A DNA stretch of 64,000 nucleotides, taken from contig CM120644.1 of the NCBI GenBank assembly GCA_051362555.1, forward strand, positions 18,808,534 through 18,872,533. Reading direction: 5' to 3'. This document shows, piece after piece, positions 26,391 to 40,010 of the stretch (positions are counted from its first letter, which is position 1; every line of letters starts with the position of its first letter). The position numbers and the translations under genes are program-made. This DNA comes from Lingula anatina. Its lineage: Eukaryota > Animalia > Brachiopoda. Below the pieces are notes generated by a model. That model saw only the letters and a program-made list of their open reading frames with translations, ran no database searches and had not been told where the DNA came from.

Positions 26391-26995
26391 TTACAGTAAT
26401 GTGCCATAAAATTTCCTACAGAATAACTTAACTGAAATAAAGAAAAGATCATTTTGTTTGAAATTCTTGAAACGGGAGGTGCTCAGAAGTTCCAGATGTT
26501 CAAATTTCATGAATTAAAGTCATTTTCGACTAGAGGTTGTCTGCCTCGCCAAGCCTTATGTTATCTTTTCCAGACGTTCAAAATTTTATGCATACTCAGT
26601 ACATGTATTTCCGTGTTGGGGGTCTATATATGTTATGACTGACTTTTACTAGTTTGTAACACCGGTGAATGTAAGAACGAGGATATTCATTTCCCCTCCC
26701 TCTCCCCATTTGCCCCCTTGGCTTCCTGGCCGTGAAGGTCGATAAAAAGGGAGGGGCTACCCAACCCCGATAACTCCCATAACTTGCCTCATGAAATAGG
26801 ATAACCATGTACTGCTTCTACTATTTTCTCAAGATACAAGGATTCCTTTGAATTATTCTCTTGAAAATTTCTTGTAAAGGTTTGGCGTGTAATTTATTAT
26901 TACTACTATAATTATAATTATCCCCCGGGTTAAGGTATTTGGCTTTAGATTATATCAAATCTGAATTACCTGTTAATCTGCAAACCGCAGGCTAA

Positions 26996-27467
26996 AGGCC
27001 CAGTCACAAATCAGTTGCGATGCGTCGGGGATGGAAATTTGAACAAAATCTTGAGACAGATCTCACGATTTTGCACCCGTAGGAGGCGCTCTCCGGACGC
27101 CTGCGGTTTGTCGCAGATTTTTTAGACATCGCCACACCCGTCGCGGTCCCCAACTTTGAACTTAAAATTTTAAGATTGCTGGCAAGATTTTTCACCCATT
27201 TTGGGCATCCCAGACACAATCTCCGATGACCTACGATGCCCTCCGATTAATCGGAGGCGTCCTCCGAATAATCTGAGACTAGTCGCAAGATTCTGTGTGG
27301 GATTGGAAAATCAGGTTGAGATTCAATGTCTGCGAGTAGTCTCCGGCGCCCTTCGACTGAATCGGAGGCGCCCTGCGACGATTCGTACGCTTTATGTGAT
27401 CGTCTCCGACGAATCGTACGGTGGAATCGTTGTAAATCGCCGTGTATATATATAATAATATATATAA

Positions 27468-27536
<69 letters not shown>

Positions 27537-27826
27537 GATGACCGAGGTCAGAAAACCCTCCTTTTCCCCCACATATACCCAGGGGGAAAAAATTACAAGA
27601 AAACACGCTCGCAGATATCGTCTCCGATCGCCTCCGATGCAATCGGAGGCTAATCCCACGATTTTTCGACAAAACCGGGTCAAAATCCTTGAAAAAATCT
27701 CAGACAATGTGACTGCTCCACTTTTATTAGGATTATTGCTAGGATTGTTCAAGGATTCTTTATTTTCTACGACGACCCCCGGCCAAAACTAATCCCCGAC
27801 AGATCGCCAACATTGTGACTGGGCCT
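26996..27826. mobile_element. PIF/Harbinger-type MITE with internal (TA)n
   Basis: TIRs AGGCCCAGTCACAA / TTGTGACTGGGCCT, TSD TAA/TAA, CG-rich subterminal motifs (TCTCCGA, ATCGGAGGC). Confidence 0.85.
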
Positions 27827-28245
27827 TAAGGCATAGCAGGTCGGAACCTAATGTTGTAAAACACTTTTTTCTTTAGCAAACTTTTAGTGCCCTGTGATTT
27901 ATTTTGGAACTCATCTTGGTCTTTATTGTTCCCCAGTATATCCCTTTTCCTCTTTTTCTTTTATCAAACTTTAAGAGGTCTGTGGTTTGTTTATTTTCGA
28001 AACTTATTTTGGTCTCATTTCATATCCTTTATGTTATGTAACTATTTTGATATGTAAATTTGTAAATCCTACTCTCTTTCAGTTTACGAACAACTTAGTC
28101 ACTGACAACAATTATAAGTCTGACACAATTTTATAGTATGATAACTGATGTTCCAAATTACAAAACCAGGTCAAATGAAAATCATTCAAAGTTTACTTTA
28201 AAAAAACTTGAAATACCTCCCAGGAACTTTGACTATACAATGTTA

Positions 28246-28414
28246 CAGGGGCGGATCCAGAGATATTTTCTGACAGTCTTCCATATTATATTTGTTTATC
28301 CATCCTCCATTTTTTGACCGTCTTCCGACAGACAAAATTAGATACCCGTCAATGTAAACTTGAAAATCTGACCGTCTTCCGGAAGACCCAGAAGACGGCC
28401 TGAATCCGCCCCTG
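28246..28414. mobile_element. Small hAT-like MITE
   Basis: TIRs CAGGGGCGGAT / ATCCGCCCCTG flanked by the direct repeat AATGTTA/AATGTTA. Confidence 0.75.
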
Positions 28415-30051
28415 AATGTTAGTGCTATTGTTACATTAGAATTTGACTGATTCATGTAATCTTGAGGTAAAATACTCCGAGTAGATAATTTGGGTTAGTA
28501 TTGCACTTTCACACGATATTTTGCAGTACCCATTGTTGGAATCCTGTACTAATGCATGGTTTTCCCATGTCATCTTATTACACTATTCAATATAAATAAC
28601 TATGTGCGCATAATTGCTATATTAGCAATATATCAGTTATTCTATGCTGCGTGCCAAGCCATGAATTTCGTTTAACGGCATCTTTCGAAGATGAAATGGA
28701 TTCTCTGTCAAAATGTTGTATACATCAGTCTGACGGAATGAAGAAAGGAAATGTCAACAAAATCAAAATATGAAGATTTTACTCATCTTTATTAGTACCT
28801 AAATATTTTGGCCAAATATACAATCCTTCTTCTTCAACGTGCTTTCTTAAGCAGTAAATTAGCAATGTAAATTAAATGTCTCGACCTGTAATAAAATGAG
28901 AGCGTCTAGTTGCCATGGTTGTGTCAGGTGACCAGAGGTACATGTAGTTGACCTTGCTAAGTAGTTCATGGTGATCCTATCGAGCACTGATCAAGGAATG
29001 CCAATAGAAATTTAGTGACCTTGACTGACACGTTAATCTATTTTAAATTTTTTTTTTCGCACAATATTGTGACAGGCGTACAGACGGAGAGAGGACATAG
29101 ACGATTCACTCAATTAAGTCAAAAGATGAGAATTTTTTATGGTAATTAAAAATCCATATTTTCAGAAGAAACATTTTAAACACGTGTTATTTTTTCAGTT
29201 CAAAATAATGATAATAAAACTTACGGATGATGCATGGCCGACAGACGTTCTTGTTGCTAAACTAAGATAAAACTAAAGATGTCTGTTGTTAAGACATATG
29301 AGATGGCCTTCTTAAACAGGTTATTTTCTGGGAAATTGAACGATTGTAATAATTTGCCATGGGTAAAGTTACTCGCTATCTAAAGATATTCCACTCAGAG
29401 TAAAATTAAAGACTGTTTTAATGGATCGTGTTTCATTTAATACTAAAGCTGTTATCGCGATCTTCATGTTGCTTGAGTGGAAAATTATTCGAAGATGATA
29501 ACTGTAACTACATGTATAAAGTTACAGGAAAAAATCAGAAATAGAATCAGCTACCAGTACATTGCAGTAGCTTGACAGCCATTACTATCCACCATGCATA
29601 GGATTATTAGAAAAATTGTCTGCGCAGATTGCCATTTCGCTTATGCTTTTTTTTTTTTTTTTTTTTTAGTAATTTTCAAGAACAATTAAATTTGAATAAC
29701 CAAATAAACTGCATGTGACAGATGTCACAGCTACGTTGAACGCTGTACAGAGGTGAACCTTGTGCGTCATAGCCTGTCACCCTAAATTGCAGAGGTCAAT
29801 AAAAACTCGCCTCTCTACTTTCAGCATGCAGCTGATCCCAGAGACTATCTAAACTCAGGGTGCACCCCGGTGACCATTAATAATCTGGAAACCAGGAGAG
29901 CCAAGATCACCAAATATGCGTCTGACAGGGCTTTGGGATAAGATAACGAATTAATTGTTTAGCAATGATCAAAATGGAGAAAAAGGGTGTAGCTGGGGGG
30001 GGGGGGATGCAATATGACATGGCCATTTTGGTACTGGGATTAAAATTGACG

Positions 30052-31741
30052 TCAGATTCGGGAGCGTTCACAGACGAATTGAAAGTTTCTAGTGCATCCT
30101 ATGTCATTCCACTGGTTTTTCTCCTTTTTCCAGTAAATCATCCCACAATGTTCAGTTCCCTCGAACGCATTGTTGGGTTCACCTATCATCCAGTTGGTGA
30201 AAGTAAGTGTGGTGTTGGTGGCAACCCAGACCCATCTACCCTCGCTCTCCCGGTCGTTAGCACCTATCCACCAGTAGGGCACTGAATCTAAAATTTAGAG
30301 AGAAAAAGTGTTCTCATACCAACACCACATAATAAGCGTTAAAACTTTTAATAGAAAGTTTAAACAAGGTGATAAACGCAGGAAATAGGCGACCTTATCC
30401 CCCCAATCCGTTGCAATTTTTTCTGAGTGTATTTTTACCACTTGTGTTTTCTTCCGACCCGAATTAATATATTCTTGTATATAAAAAATATTAAAATGAT
30501 AAAATACCTAAACTTCATAAGTTTCCATACATTCTAAAAGTTTCGAAACCCAGAGTTATTTGATATGCCCCAGTGCTTTGAAAATCGTCATTTTAACTAT
30601 CTGTTCAATCAAATGGAAAGGAGCTTACCTGATAAATTGGCCGCAATCATCTCATTTTCAGCTTTGGAAGTTATAGTAGCCAGATTGGCAGAGAGACTTT
30701 GACAGTGCTCCTGAGCTTGGGGCCAAGTCTTTTTAGCTGTGGAGAAGTAATAGCAGCTGCCACCGAGTTCAACGAAACCAAGTGGACACTCTGAAAGGCA
30801 GAATACACGATTTTGTAAAAATCTATAAAAATGTGTCGGATTACAAAATATGGTTTTAGCTCTAAAAGTCTAAAATGTTTTTGTTTAATTTTCAGCTGAT
30901 CAGAAATGCTGGTAAATATACAATTTACAGAAAAAGGAAGACTCACACGTTATATATGGCGGAACGATGAATTTTGAATTTTCGATAAACCAGCTGTGTG
31001 ATCGCCCAGTCGAAAGATGCGACTAACGAGGTACAGGTATATGACATCCAAAACGGTCCGATTTTCATCAGCTTTATTTTAGATCCAAGTTTTGAATTAA
31101 AAAAAACATTTGGGATTAAACTTAGTGAGCATCACCAAACAATGATGTGAATCTTAATCAAAGGAGTCGTGTAATTTCATACACTGAGAATAAAATTGGA
31201 GTCATTTGACTCTCTAGTCAGAGTCCAGCACCCCCTGACCCTCATGGAGTTAATTTGACTCCTATATAAGGGTCAAATTACCCCACTACCAGAGCTTTAG
31301 ACTCTCTTATCAGAGTCAATCACCCCCTGGCTCTCATGGAGTCAATCTGACTCTAAAATCAGAGTCAAATTATCGGGGGCCAGTGTCTGGATGACCCCTT
31401 TCACCGACTCTTTTCGCTCGCTGGACAGTAAGCTTCGTTTCATTACTTGTGATGGCAGTGAGCAAACGGCGTGAAGAGAACAGTTTTCATCATCCTTTGT
31501 CAGTATAAACATTACTTTATTGGACATACATGTAGTTGATTTTATGCATGAGCAAGTGGTTTTCTGTGTGTTTCTGCATGCAGAACTCGTGCACTTATTA
31601 CTGGCCTGGGCTTTCAGTTGCCACACCCTTTATGTGATATGTCGGTAAACAGGTCAGCAGGTTTTGTTTCTAGGTTGTAGGTTTGATTTGACCCACCAAT
31701 GCATGTCAGTGGAGAGGTATGCTCATTCATTGGTATATTTG

Positions 31742-31784
<43 letters not shown>

Positions 31785-34700
31785 CCATGCTGCTTATTAC
31801 CAGATTTACAAACTGTTTGTTATTGCTACTCTAAGACTGCATGTGACCGCATGGTGTAGTGGTTAGAGTGTCCGCCTCTGGACGTGGGTTCGAGCCCGTC
31901 CGGGGGACACAGCAATATGAAATAAACAATACTTTCGGTCTCTCCCCTTGACACTGTTGTTGTTGATTTTGTTCATGATGTGCCAAGGAGTCAAAAAATC
32001 CTTAATATGGGGTCATGTAGAGATAAATCAAGGGATGAAGGGATGTGTGAATGGAGTCAATGGGGTATAACAGCGTTGAGGGTCTACCGCTAGATGGCGT
32101 GGGGGTCAAAGCAGTCCTTCTAAAATCTCGCTTGCGGTTTTACACCGAGTTTAACATGGAGCGTGGGCACGCGTCGCTGACTGAGAACCAACTCAAACGC
32201 GAATTACTTAAATGTAGTGCCATAACAACATGAAGAAAATGTGAATTGATTGAAAAGCATGTGTTTTCTTTTCATTTAGTGCTTGAAACACACGAATGCA
32301 AACTATTTTCCTTGAAAAAATCAAAGATTAGTCGCGGTGTGTGAGCCTCAATTCTGTCATGTTACAATGTAAGTCGACTAATATATGTACAAGTACGCTC
32401 ATATTTTTTTTTTAATAGAACGAAAGACGAAGATTTCTTACATTTAATAAATGTACTTATTTATTTTCTTCATAAGGTTCTCCAGAGAAGACCCATAATG
32501 TTGGGGGCAATGCAAACTGTCGGTTTCAGGACCCCAGGCCAGGCAACTTCAGAAATAGAGCAGGATACAATGATTACTTCAGGAATCTGACCTATCACTT
32601 CGCATCAGTGTCAAAGATTGTTGTAGCCACCAGATACGCCTACCCTAAAGCTGACTTACAGGCGGCAGTGGTGGACCACGACTATACCACGAGTGGATAT
32701 TTTTCGACATGCATTTTGCCCAAGTGCACTTTATTTTATGAAAAACACTATAGGAAGAAGGGCCTATGTGGCAGCTAGTTTGTAGAAAGTATGAGATGGT
32801 ATGAGATTGCTTAGCTGCAATCACAATTTGAAGTGCCATTTTGAAAAACATGTTTTAACTAAAATGAAATAATTTGGTGGTGCAATCTTTAAGGCATTTT
32901 AGTGCAATGAAATAATATGATGATGCTATAGTTTTTACAATACAGAACAAATATGATTAAGCTGTTTTTTTTTCATATTTTTTACCGTAATAAAGTAATT
33001 TGGTGGTGTTATAAAGCATGTGTTTTCTTTTCATTTTTCTTTACAAAAAAGTACTTATGTGGTTATGCTGTTTTTAATAATATTTAACTGTAATGAAAAA
33101 GGTATTTTTGGTGGAATAAAATAAATTTTCAGTTCTATTTCCAGCAAATAATTTGGTTTTGCTGCTTTCTTAATGAATTTTCAAAGTGATGAAGTATTTT
33201 GGTGGTTCTGTTCAAGTAAAATAATTCAGAAGTGCTATTTTGTAAAAAGGTGGGGTCTGGGATGACACTACTCCATTGGAGTCATCTTGACTCCAATTTG
33301 GAGTTATTTTAGGCACCACTGCTGGACTCCAAGTTTGGAGTCACTTGGACTCCGATTTTATTCTCAGTGTACAAACATCAGTTTGGCTTTTTGGTGTCAA
33401 CAATGCACCTTGAATATCATAACCACTTTGCCACATGCTTAATATCTTAGCATTGCCAAACTAACACCCGTGCCATATCCACGAAGTATTCAGCGTGCAG
33501 CAAGTTCTAGTTTTTTAATCATGATAGGAAGGTGCAAAACCTCAACAAAAAACTAGTGAGTGAAAAAAATATATATTCACAAACATTTGTTCGCCCAATG
33601 CCAACAAATGATAACACACGTGCACTCCCCCCACCCACACTCCCCACATGCACAAACATTCGTTCACCAAAACTCTTTAATGCATTTAACACTATAATAT
33701 TTATTATGCATTAAGGGATTCACTACCTTTTAGTTTTTCTTCCATTTTTTCGATTTTCTCCAAGGCGGATCCTAGTGTATCAGTTAGATTCGACAGCAAA
33801 GCATCAGATTTCACTAACTGTTCTTGTTGAAGCCTTATCTTCTTTTCCAAATCAGCTACCTACAGCAATTAATTAAAATTAGACACGTTGCAGACAGCAT
33901 ATTTTTGGGTTAATAAACAATTCACTTTTCAACCCAGTGTTTAAAACGTCTTTGTCAACTAAATGCGCTCGTACCTCACAATGTCTTTATTTGGGCTAGT
34001 GCACGAGTTATAAAAAATAGAAAAAACTCAAGTTGGGTGTTTAAGAGAATTCCTTTACACATCACTTATCGGTCTTGTCTTTTTCAACGTCTTTTTCAAT
34101 ATCACCATTTAAAATTGGACTGTTAGACTTTTAAAGTAAATAACTGTTCATCCCTATAATGATGAGACCCAAAAAACATCTGATTTAGACCACGTTCCCA
34201 TACCTAGATCGATCTAGCAGGATCGACCCATCTCTGACGGGTTTCTCGCTTACTTAAGCAGTTCCGATTTCTGGCGCGCCTACCTAAGATGTTAGGGGGT
34301 AATTGACTATGGTGAACCAGCTCCAGAAGGCGCGCCAGGCATCTTAGCTGCTTTAGCTGAATGTTATTTACCGAGAAACCCCTTGGAGAAAGGTCGATTC
34401 TGCTAGATCGATCTAGGTATGGAAATGGAGTCATAAGTTGCTTAGTGAAACCGTTCTCAAGAGTCCTTAGTGAACGTCATCCACAGAAACCGTTGGTACT
34501 TATGCATCCCCCAAAGAAACAAACAAGCCGATTTTCAATGTTTTTTATTCAGTTCAGGGGCACACATTGAAAATGAGGGGATTATTTTTGTTTTTAATTA
34601 ATACAAAGGTACCGGTAGATGCATTATTGAATAACTAGATGCACGAAAATTTTCATTTTAGGTATTTTGAGGATTAATACGCTGTCAGTATCTTTCACAA

Positions 34701-34927
34701 GGTTGGAGGCGTAATGCGGAAGTATATAGTTAGTACGGCATACGAACCTTTTCTTTGGTCTTCGTACATGTACAAGTATCAACGGTACCTGTGCCTGGGT
34801 GATGTGACAGAAAGCCGCCATGAGTTGGGACCTCGCATCGCAGATTGACAATGTTGTGTCCCCAAACTTTACTGTGCTGGACAAGAACCAACAAGAGCAC
34901 AAATGATGACAAAAAGAACACTGCCAT
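30052..34927 (-). CDS. Secreted C-type lectin (perlucin-like), copy A, 236 aa
   Basis: Exons 34927-34748 (signal peptide), 33859-33727 (coiled coil), 30790-30629 (CPLGF..GSCYYFS..TWPQAQEHC), 30287-30052 (WIGAND..EG.WVW, EPN, EHC, WND, FVCE). GT-AG, in phase. Confidence 0.92.
31182..33369. mobile_element. Non-autonomous CACTA/EnSpm-like element in lectin A intron 2
   Basis: TIRs CACTGAGAATAAAAT(T/C)GGAGTC, TA on both flanks, many subterminal GGAGTCA..TGACTC repeats. Absent from the paralogous intron of copy C. Confidence 0.8.
31845..31908 (+). other. tRNA-derived (SINE-head-like) segment, not a functional tRNA
   Basis: Box A TGGTGTAGTGG (31852-31862) and box B GGTTCGAGCCC (31887-31897); anticodon arm incomplete. 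Confidence 0.55.
34188..34432. mobile_element. PIF/Harbinger-type MITE in lectin A intron 1 (truncated copy at ~39769-39832 in copy B)
   Basis: ~60-bp TIRs containing CCATACCTAGATCGATCTAGCAG, flanks TTA/ATA, absent at the paralogous site ~44597. Confidence 0.8.
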
Positions 34928-35209
34928 TCTCAGACCATATAAACCAACAAATGTGAATATTGTCTACCACGCCGTGGATAGAGCACTCTTTTATCCAATA
35001 GCAATGGGAGGGGATTGATCTTATATTTCAGATACTTGTTGCAATTGTATTGGATGGCATTAAACATGTGATCAAAAGTGGGCGTTGCCTCCATTATCTT
35101 CACCGAATCTAAGACGACGCGCTTTCTGAACCAGTTAGCATCTTCAACATTGGTGCAAATTTTATGTTCAGCAAACTGTATTTACATTCGTTGATTTATG
35201 ATTTCTACT

Positions 35210-35249
<40 letters not shown>

Positions 35250-36435
35250 TGTCTGGGGAGCCAGTCTAGGGAAGAATTACTGGAAATGACAGATGTATGC
35301 TGGGTAAAAAAGGAGAGTTTATAGTAACCTCTTACATAATACATAATATATTAACATAATAGGACGCACTGTCATTTCACGTGAAACCACCGAGCATGTG
35401 TTTGTCTGTGTGATTCATAGTTATCTGATGTTTTTGTATTATACGGGAACTATTCTATGAAATCACATGCTAGGCTAGTTAGTGATATGCCACAGGTAGA
35501 TTTACCCGAACATCTCTCCGGTGGGTCAGACTAAATCGATAAGTTGGTTAATTAAGGAACACAACCAACCCTAATTTTGAGCAAACCACATTTAAAAAGA
35601 AAAATGCTTTGGGCATTGACCCCAGAGGAAACAGTGATGCTGTTGTTTTACATATATTTTTATGCTCAAAATTCACCTGTACTGTAGATTTGAATTTACC
35701 CTTGTAGTACGCCCGACACTAAATTTAGCAAATGTGCCCGTTTAACATGACATGTTTATAAAAACCGACAACCGATCCTGTTTGCAGAGAAATACCGCTC
35801 ATATATCAGACAGCTGGCAATCTATGTGTAGACAGACTCTACAGTATCATATGTCACACTTTTAGTTTAATGTTAAATATGGGGACGTATATACCAGTAA
35901 ATTTGCACCAGGGTTAAACCATGGTTGAAATTTATATGCCGTAAATGAATATTCGGTTTTCCTAGCATTTTATTAGATTACCAGTAATTAAACTCATCAT
36001 TTCCATTCGATTTCTTCTCCCTTTCACAAACCCTAACAAGATTTTCTTCCTGCTCTTATTGTTGTTTCCCACCTATCGGCACGTGCACCGTGAAGATCCC
36101 TATTAGCCAATTTTAAAAATGTGTAGACTCTTTAAATTTAACTGAAATGGTGCAAATTTTTAAAGATATTACTGTATAGTTGCCTTATGGTATGTACTTT
36201 GTGCTATGTTTGCTTCCAGTCTAAGTGTACGAAATAAGGTCATCCGTGTTATTTTATCCAAATGTTCAATCTTTGTCAGTTTAGCGTATGGCATGATTTG
36301 ATGAATTACATGCATTGCATTAAATGCGCTTTTGGGAAGCGTCAACTCCATTCTGTTAGGTGTGACAGACGCTGTCAACCACTGCAACCGTGTACCGTAA
36401 AATTAATACCAATATTATGGAAGTTGTGTACTGTG

Positions 36436-36468
<33 letters not shown>

Positions 36469-38358
36469 TATCAAACATCAAACATTTCACATATAATGAC
36501 TACGTATAATTTTGATGGAGAAGAAAAAAATTGTTTAAAATGTTCAGCCAAAACCTCGACGCAAGTAAAATGTTTTCACCGAAATAATCTTAGAGAAAAG
36601 AGTTCACTTGTTCTGTGCGTCGTGTCGTCTAAGGCCAAACCACACTAGTGGAACGAATAGTGAAGTCACCACACTATGGACAGCGCCCTAATTACTGCCA
36701 GGAAGAGAAAAGGTGGCTCTTTGTTAAAGGTGAGATCAAGTTGAGTGATTTCACTAGGAGACGTTGCTATAAAGGTGTGACACAGAGATAGGGTGAACAT
36801 TTGCCTATACACAGCGATACTCTCTCTTACCCGTTTACAAGGAAGAGCAAAAGGCAAGTGGCACCATTTTCTATTCTTTAAAATCCATGTTACATCGGGT
36901 TTGTGACTGTTTAGAGAACATTTTTTGCAAACTGGCGCCCCTTTCAAATTTGGGCTTTGACAATATTTCCGAGTCAAGATCAGATCAATGAACTTTAAAA
37001 TCAGACAACAGGCGTTAAAGGGGAGAAAACAATAAAAAGTCTCTCAAATACTGAAGAACATTATTATATCCGAGATGCTTTTGTATCATATTTGTGAAAG
37101 TAGGTTAAAATTTTGGTTGGGAACAAACATATTAATTAGCAATGTAAATCAAAAGTCTCAACCTGTGATAAAATGAAAGCGTCTAGTTGCTATGGTGGTG
37201 TCAGGTGACCAGAGGTAGTTGACCTTGCTAAGTAGGCCAAGGTGATCTTATCGAGCACCGATCAAGGAATGCCAATAGAAATTCGGTAACCTTGGCTGAC
37301 ATCTTTGTCTATTTTCTTTTTCGCACAATATTGTGACAGACGTACAAACGGAGAGAGGACGTCTACGACTTACTCGCTTGAGCCAAAAGCTGAGAATTTT
37401 TTTTTTTTTCAGTTCAATATAATGACAATAAAACATATGGGTGATACATGGACGACAAACGTTCTTGTTGCTTAACTAAGATAAAACTAAAGATGTCTTT
37501 ATTTTGTTTGCTTTCAATCAAGACATATAAGACGGCCTTCTTTAACAGGTTCTTTTCTGGGAAATGGAACGATTGTAATAATTTGTCATGGGTAAAATTA
37601 CTCGCTATCTAAAGATATTCCACTCACAGTAAAATTAAAGAGGGGTTTAATAGATCGTGTTTCAATTTTAATTGAATTTTAATTAAGTATTAAAATACTT
37701 AATACTTAATTAAGTATTTTAATACTTAATTAAAATTCAATTAAGCATTAAAATACTTAAGCTGTTCTAGCGATCTTCATATTGCTTGAGTGGAAAAGTA
37801 TTGCAAGATTATAACTGTTACTATTTATAAAGTTTCAGGAAAAAATCAGAAATAGAATCAGCTATCTGTACATTGCAGTAGCCTGCTCATTTGACAGCCA
37901 TTACTATCCACCATGCATAGGATTATTAGAAAAATTGTCTGCGCAGATTGCCATTTCGCTTATGCTTTTTTTTTAGTAATTTTCAAGAACAATTTAACTT
38001 CGATAATCAAATAAAATGCTTTTTTTTGACACACGTCGCCTCTCCGTTGAACGCCGTACAGAGGTGAACCTTGTCTTCTCATGCGTCATAGCCTGTCACC
38101 CTAAATTCCAGAGATGAATAAAAACTCTACTCTCTACTTTAAGCATGCTGTTGTTCCCAGGGACTATCTAAACTCAGGAAACCAGGAGAGACAAGATCAC
38201 CAAATTTGTGACAATTGCGTCTGACAGGGCTCTTGGCTAACATTACGAACTTTAGCAATGGTCAAAATGGGGGGGGGGGGGGGGGAAGCTAGGGTGTAGC
38301 AGGGGGGATGCAATACAGGTATGACCTGGTCATTTTACTACTGGGATTGAAATTGACG

Positions 38359-39415
38359 TCATATTCGGGAGCGTTCACAGACAAATTTGGAGTTAATAGT
38401 GCATGTTGCATGGTACTTGGAGTTATACTTTTGCAAGTAGATCAATAAACAATGCTCTTTTCCGTCTTTATTATTAGGTTCATCATTCGCCCAGTTGGTG
38501 AAAGTAAGAGTGGCGTTGGTGGCCACCCAGACCCATCTACATGTACCCTCGCTTTCCCGGTTGTTAGCACATATCCACCAGTGAAACACTGAATCTAAAA
38601 TGTAGCAAAAAAAAAGGCTTTATTATAAACAAAGCCACACAATAAGCAACAGAACTTTTTATTTAAAAAAAATGTTAAACGAGGCCACAAACAGCAGGAA
38701 GTAGGCTGTCTAATCTACTACCGCCATCCGTTGCAATTTTTCTGAATGCATTTTCACCACTTACATTTCTTCCAACCCACTTAAATATATCCTGTTTGTC
38801 CTATGCTGTTAATAAAACAACATGAAAATGATAAGCTATCTAAACTTCATCAGATTTCCTTACACTATCAAAGTTTCGTGTTACTTGACATACTTTGAAA
38901 ATCGCCACTTTTACCATCTGTTCGATTAATTTTCAGCTTTGGACGTTATAGTGGCCAGATTGGCAGAGCGACTTTGACAGTACTCCTGAGCTTGGGGCCA
39001 AGTCTTCTTAGCTGTCGAGATATAATAGCAGCTGCCACCGAGCTTAACGAAACCAAGTTGACACTCTGAAAAACAGACGACGCGCATTTGTAAGAATCAG
39101 TGCATGTGCACGCACGCGCGTGCACTCCCTCCACTCCTCACATACACAAACAAAGACATATATTCATCAAAACCTACAAATTCTTTAATTCATTTAACAC
39201 TAACATTTTTATAAAATCTTAAAGAATTTCCTACCTTTAAGACTTAAATGCATTTAATACTGTCATTGTTTATCATACCTTTAAGAACAAATAGAATGAA
39301 TTTTCTACCTTTAAGAACAGATAGAATTTCTTTCGTTCGCTTGATTTTCTCCAAGGCGGTTCCTAGTGTATCAGTTAGAGTCGACAGCAAAGCATCAGAT
39401 TTCACCTGTAGCTAC
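38359..39415 (-). pseudogene. C-type lectin copy B pseudogene
   Basis: Exon 4 (38594-38359) is open but has lost WND. Exon 3 (from 39065) has its 3' end and donor deleted. Exon 2 is internally deleted. Exon 1 was not found and TE fragments occupy its place. Confidence 0.85.
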
Positions 39416-40010
39416 CTACAGCAATAAAGTAAAATTAAAGACTTTGAAGTCAGTATAATTTTTGGGTTTAAAAACTATAGACTTTTGGACTTAGTGTTTA
39501 AAATGTTTCTGTCAACTAAAGGTACTCGTGCCTCTCAGCGGCTTTTAACAAGTGCACGAGTTATAAAAAAGAGAAAAAATAAAACTCAAGTTTGATGTTT
39601 TAATATCACACAAGAAAAGTACTTTACACAGTACTTCATCTCGGTTTTTTTTTTTTTTTTTTTTTTTTTTACGTCTTGTTCAATATCACCATTTAATTGG
39701 ACTGTTAGATTTTAAAAGTAGAATAATGTTCATCCCTATAATGATGAGACCCAAATAATGTTTTATTTAGACCCCGTTCCCATACCTAGATCGATCTAAC
39801 AGGATCAACCCATCTCGGACGGGTTTTTCGCTGATACCCCCGTCACACTAGAGGCGAAATAAGCAAGAACGCCGTCGGAAAGACAATTATTTGTGCGTTC
39901 CTGGAAATTCGAAGAACATTCTAAAAATTCCGAGTGCACTCCAAATATTTTTACCCATTCTTGTGGCCGATATGACGGGACTCAAGAGTCCGCTGTCCGG
40001 GTTCCATTTT

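Noticed and set aside
27247-27792. ORFs with YIYIYI or HTHTHT runs (also near 6072, 52547, 56267-56658, 59902)
   Set aside because: These are translations of TA/CA microsatellites. Only 56295-56394 is kept, as an exon.
31845-31908. Functional tRNA gene
   Set aside because: Anticodon arm is incomplete and the acceptor stem is poor; it lies inside a TE.
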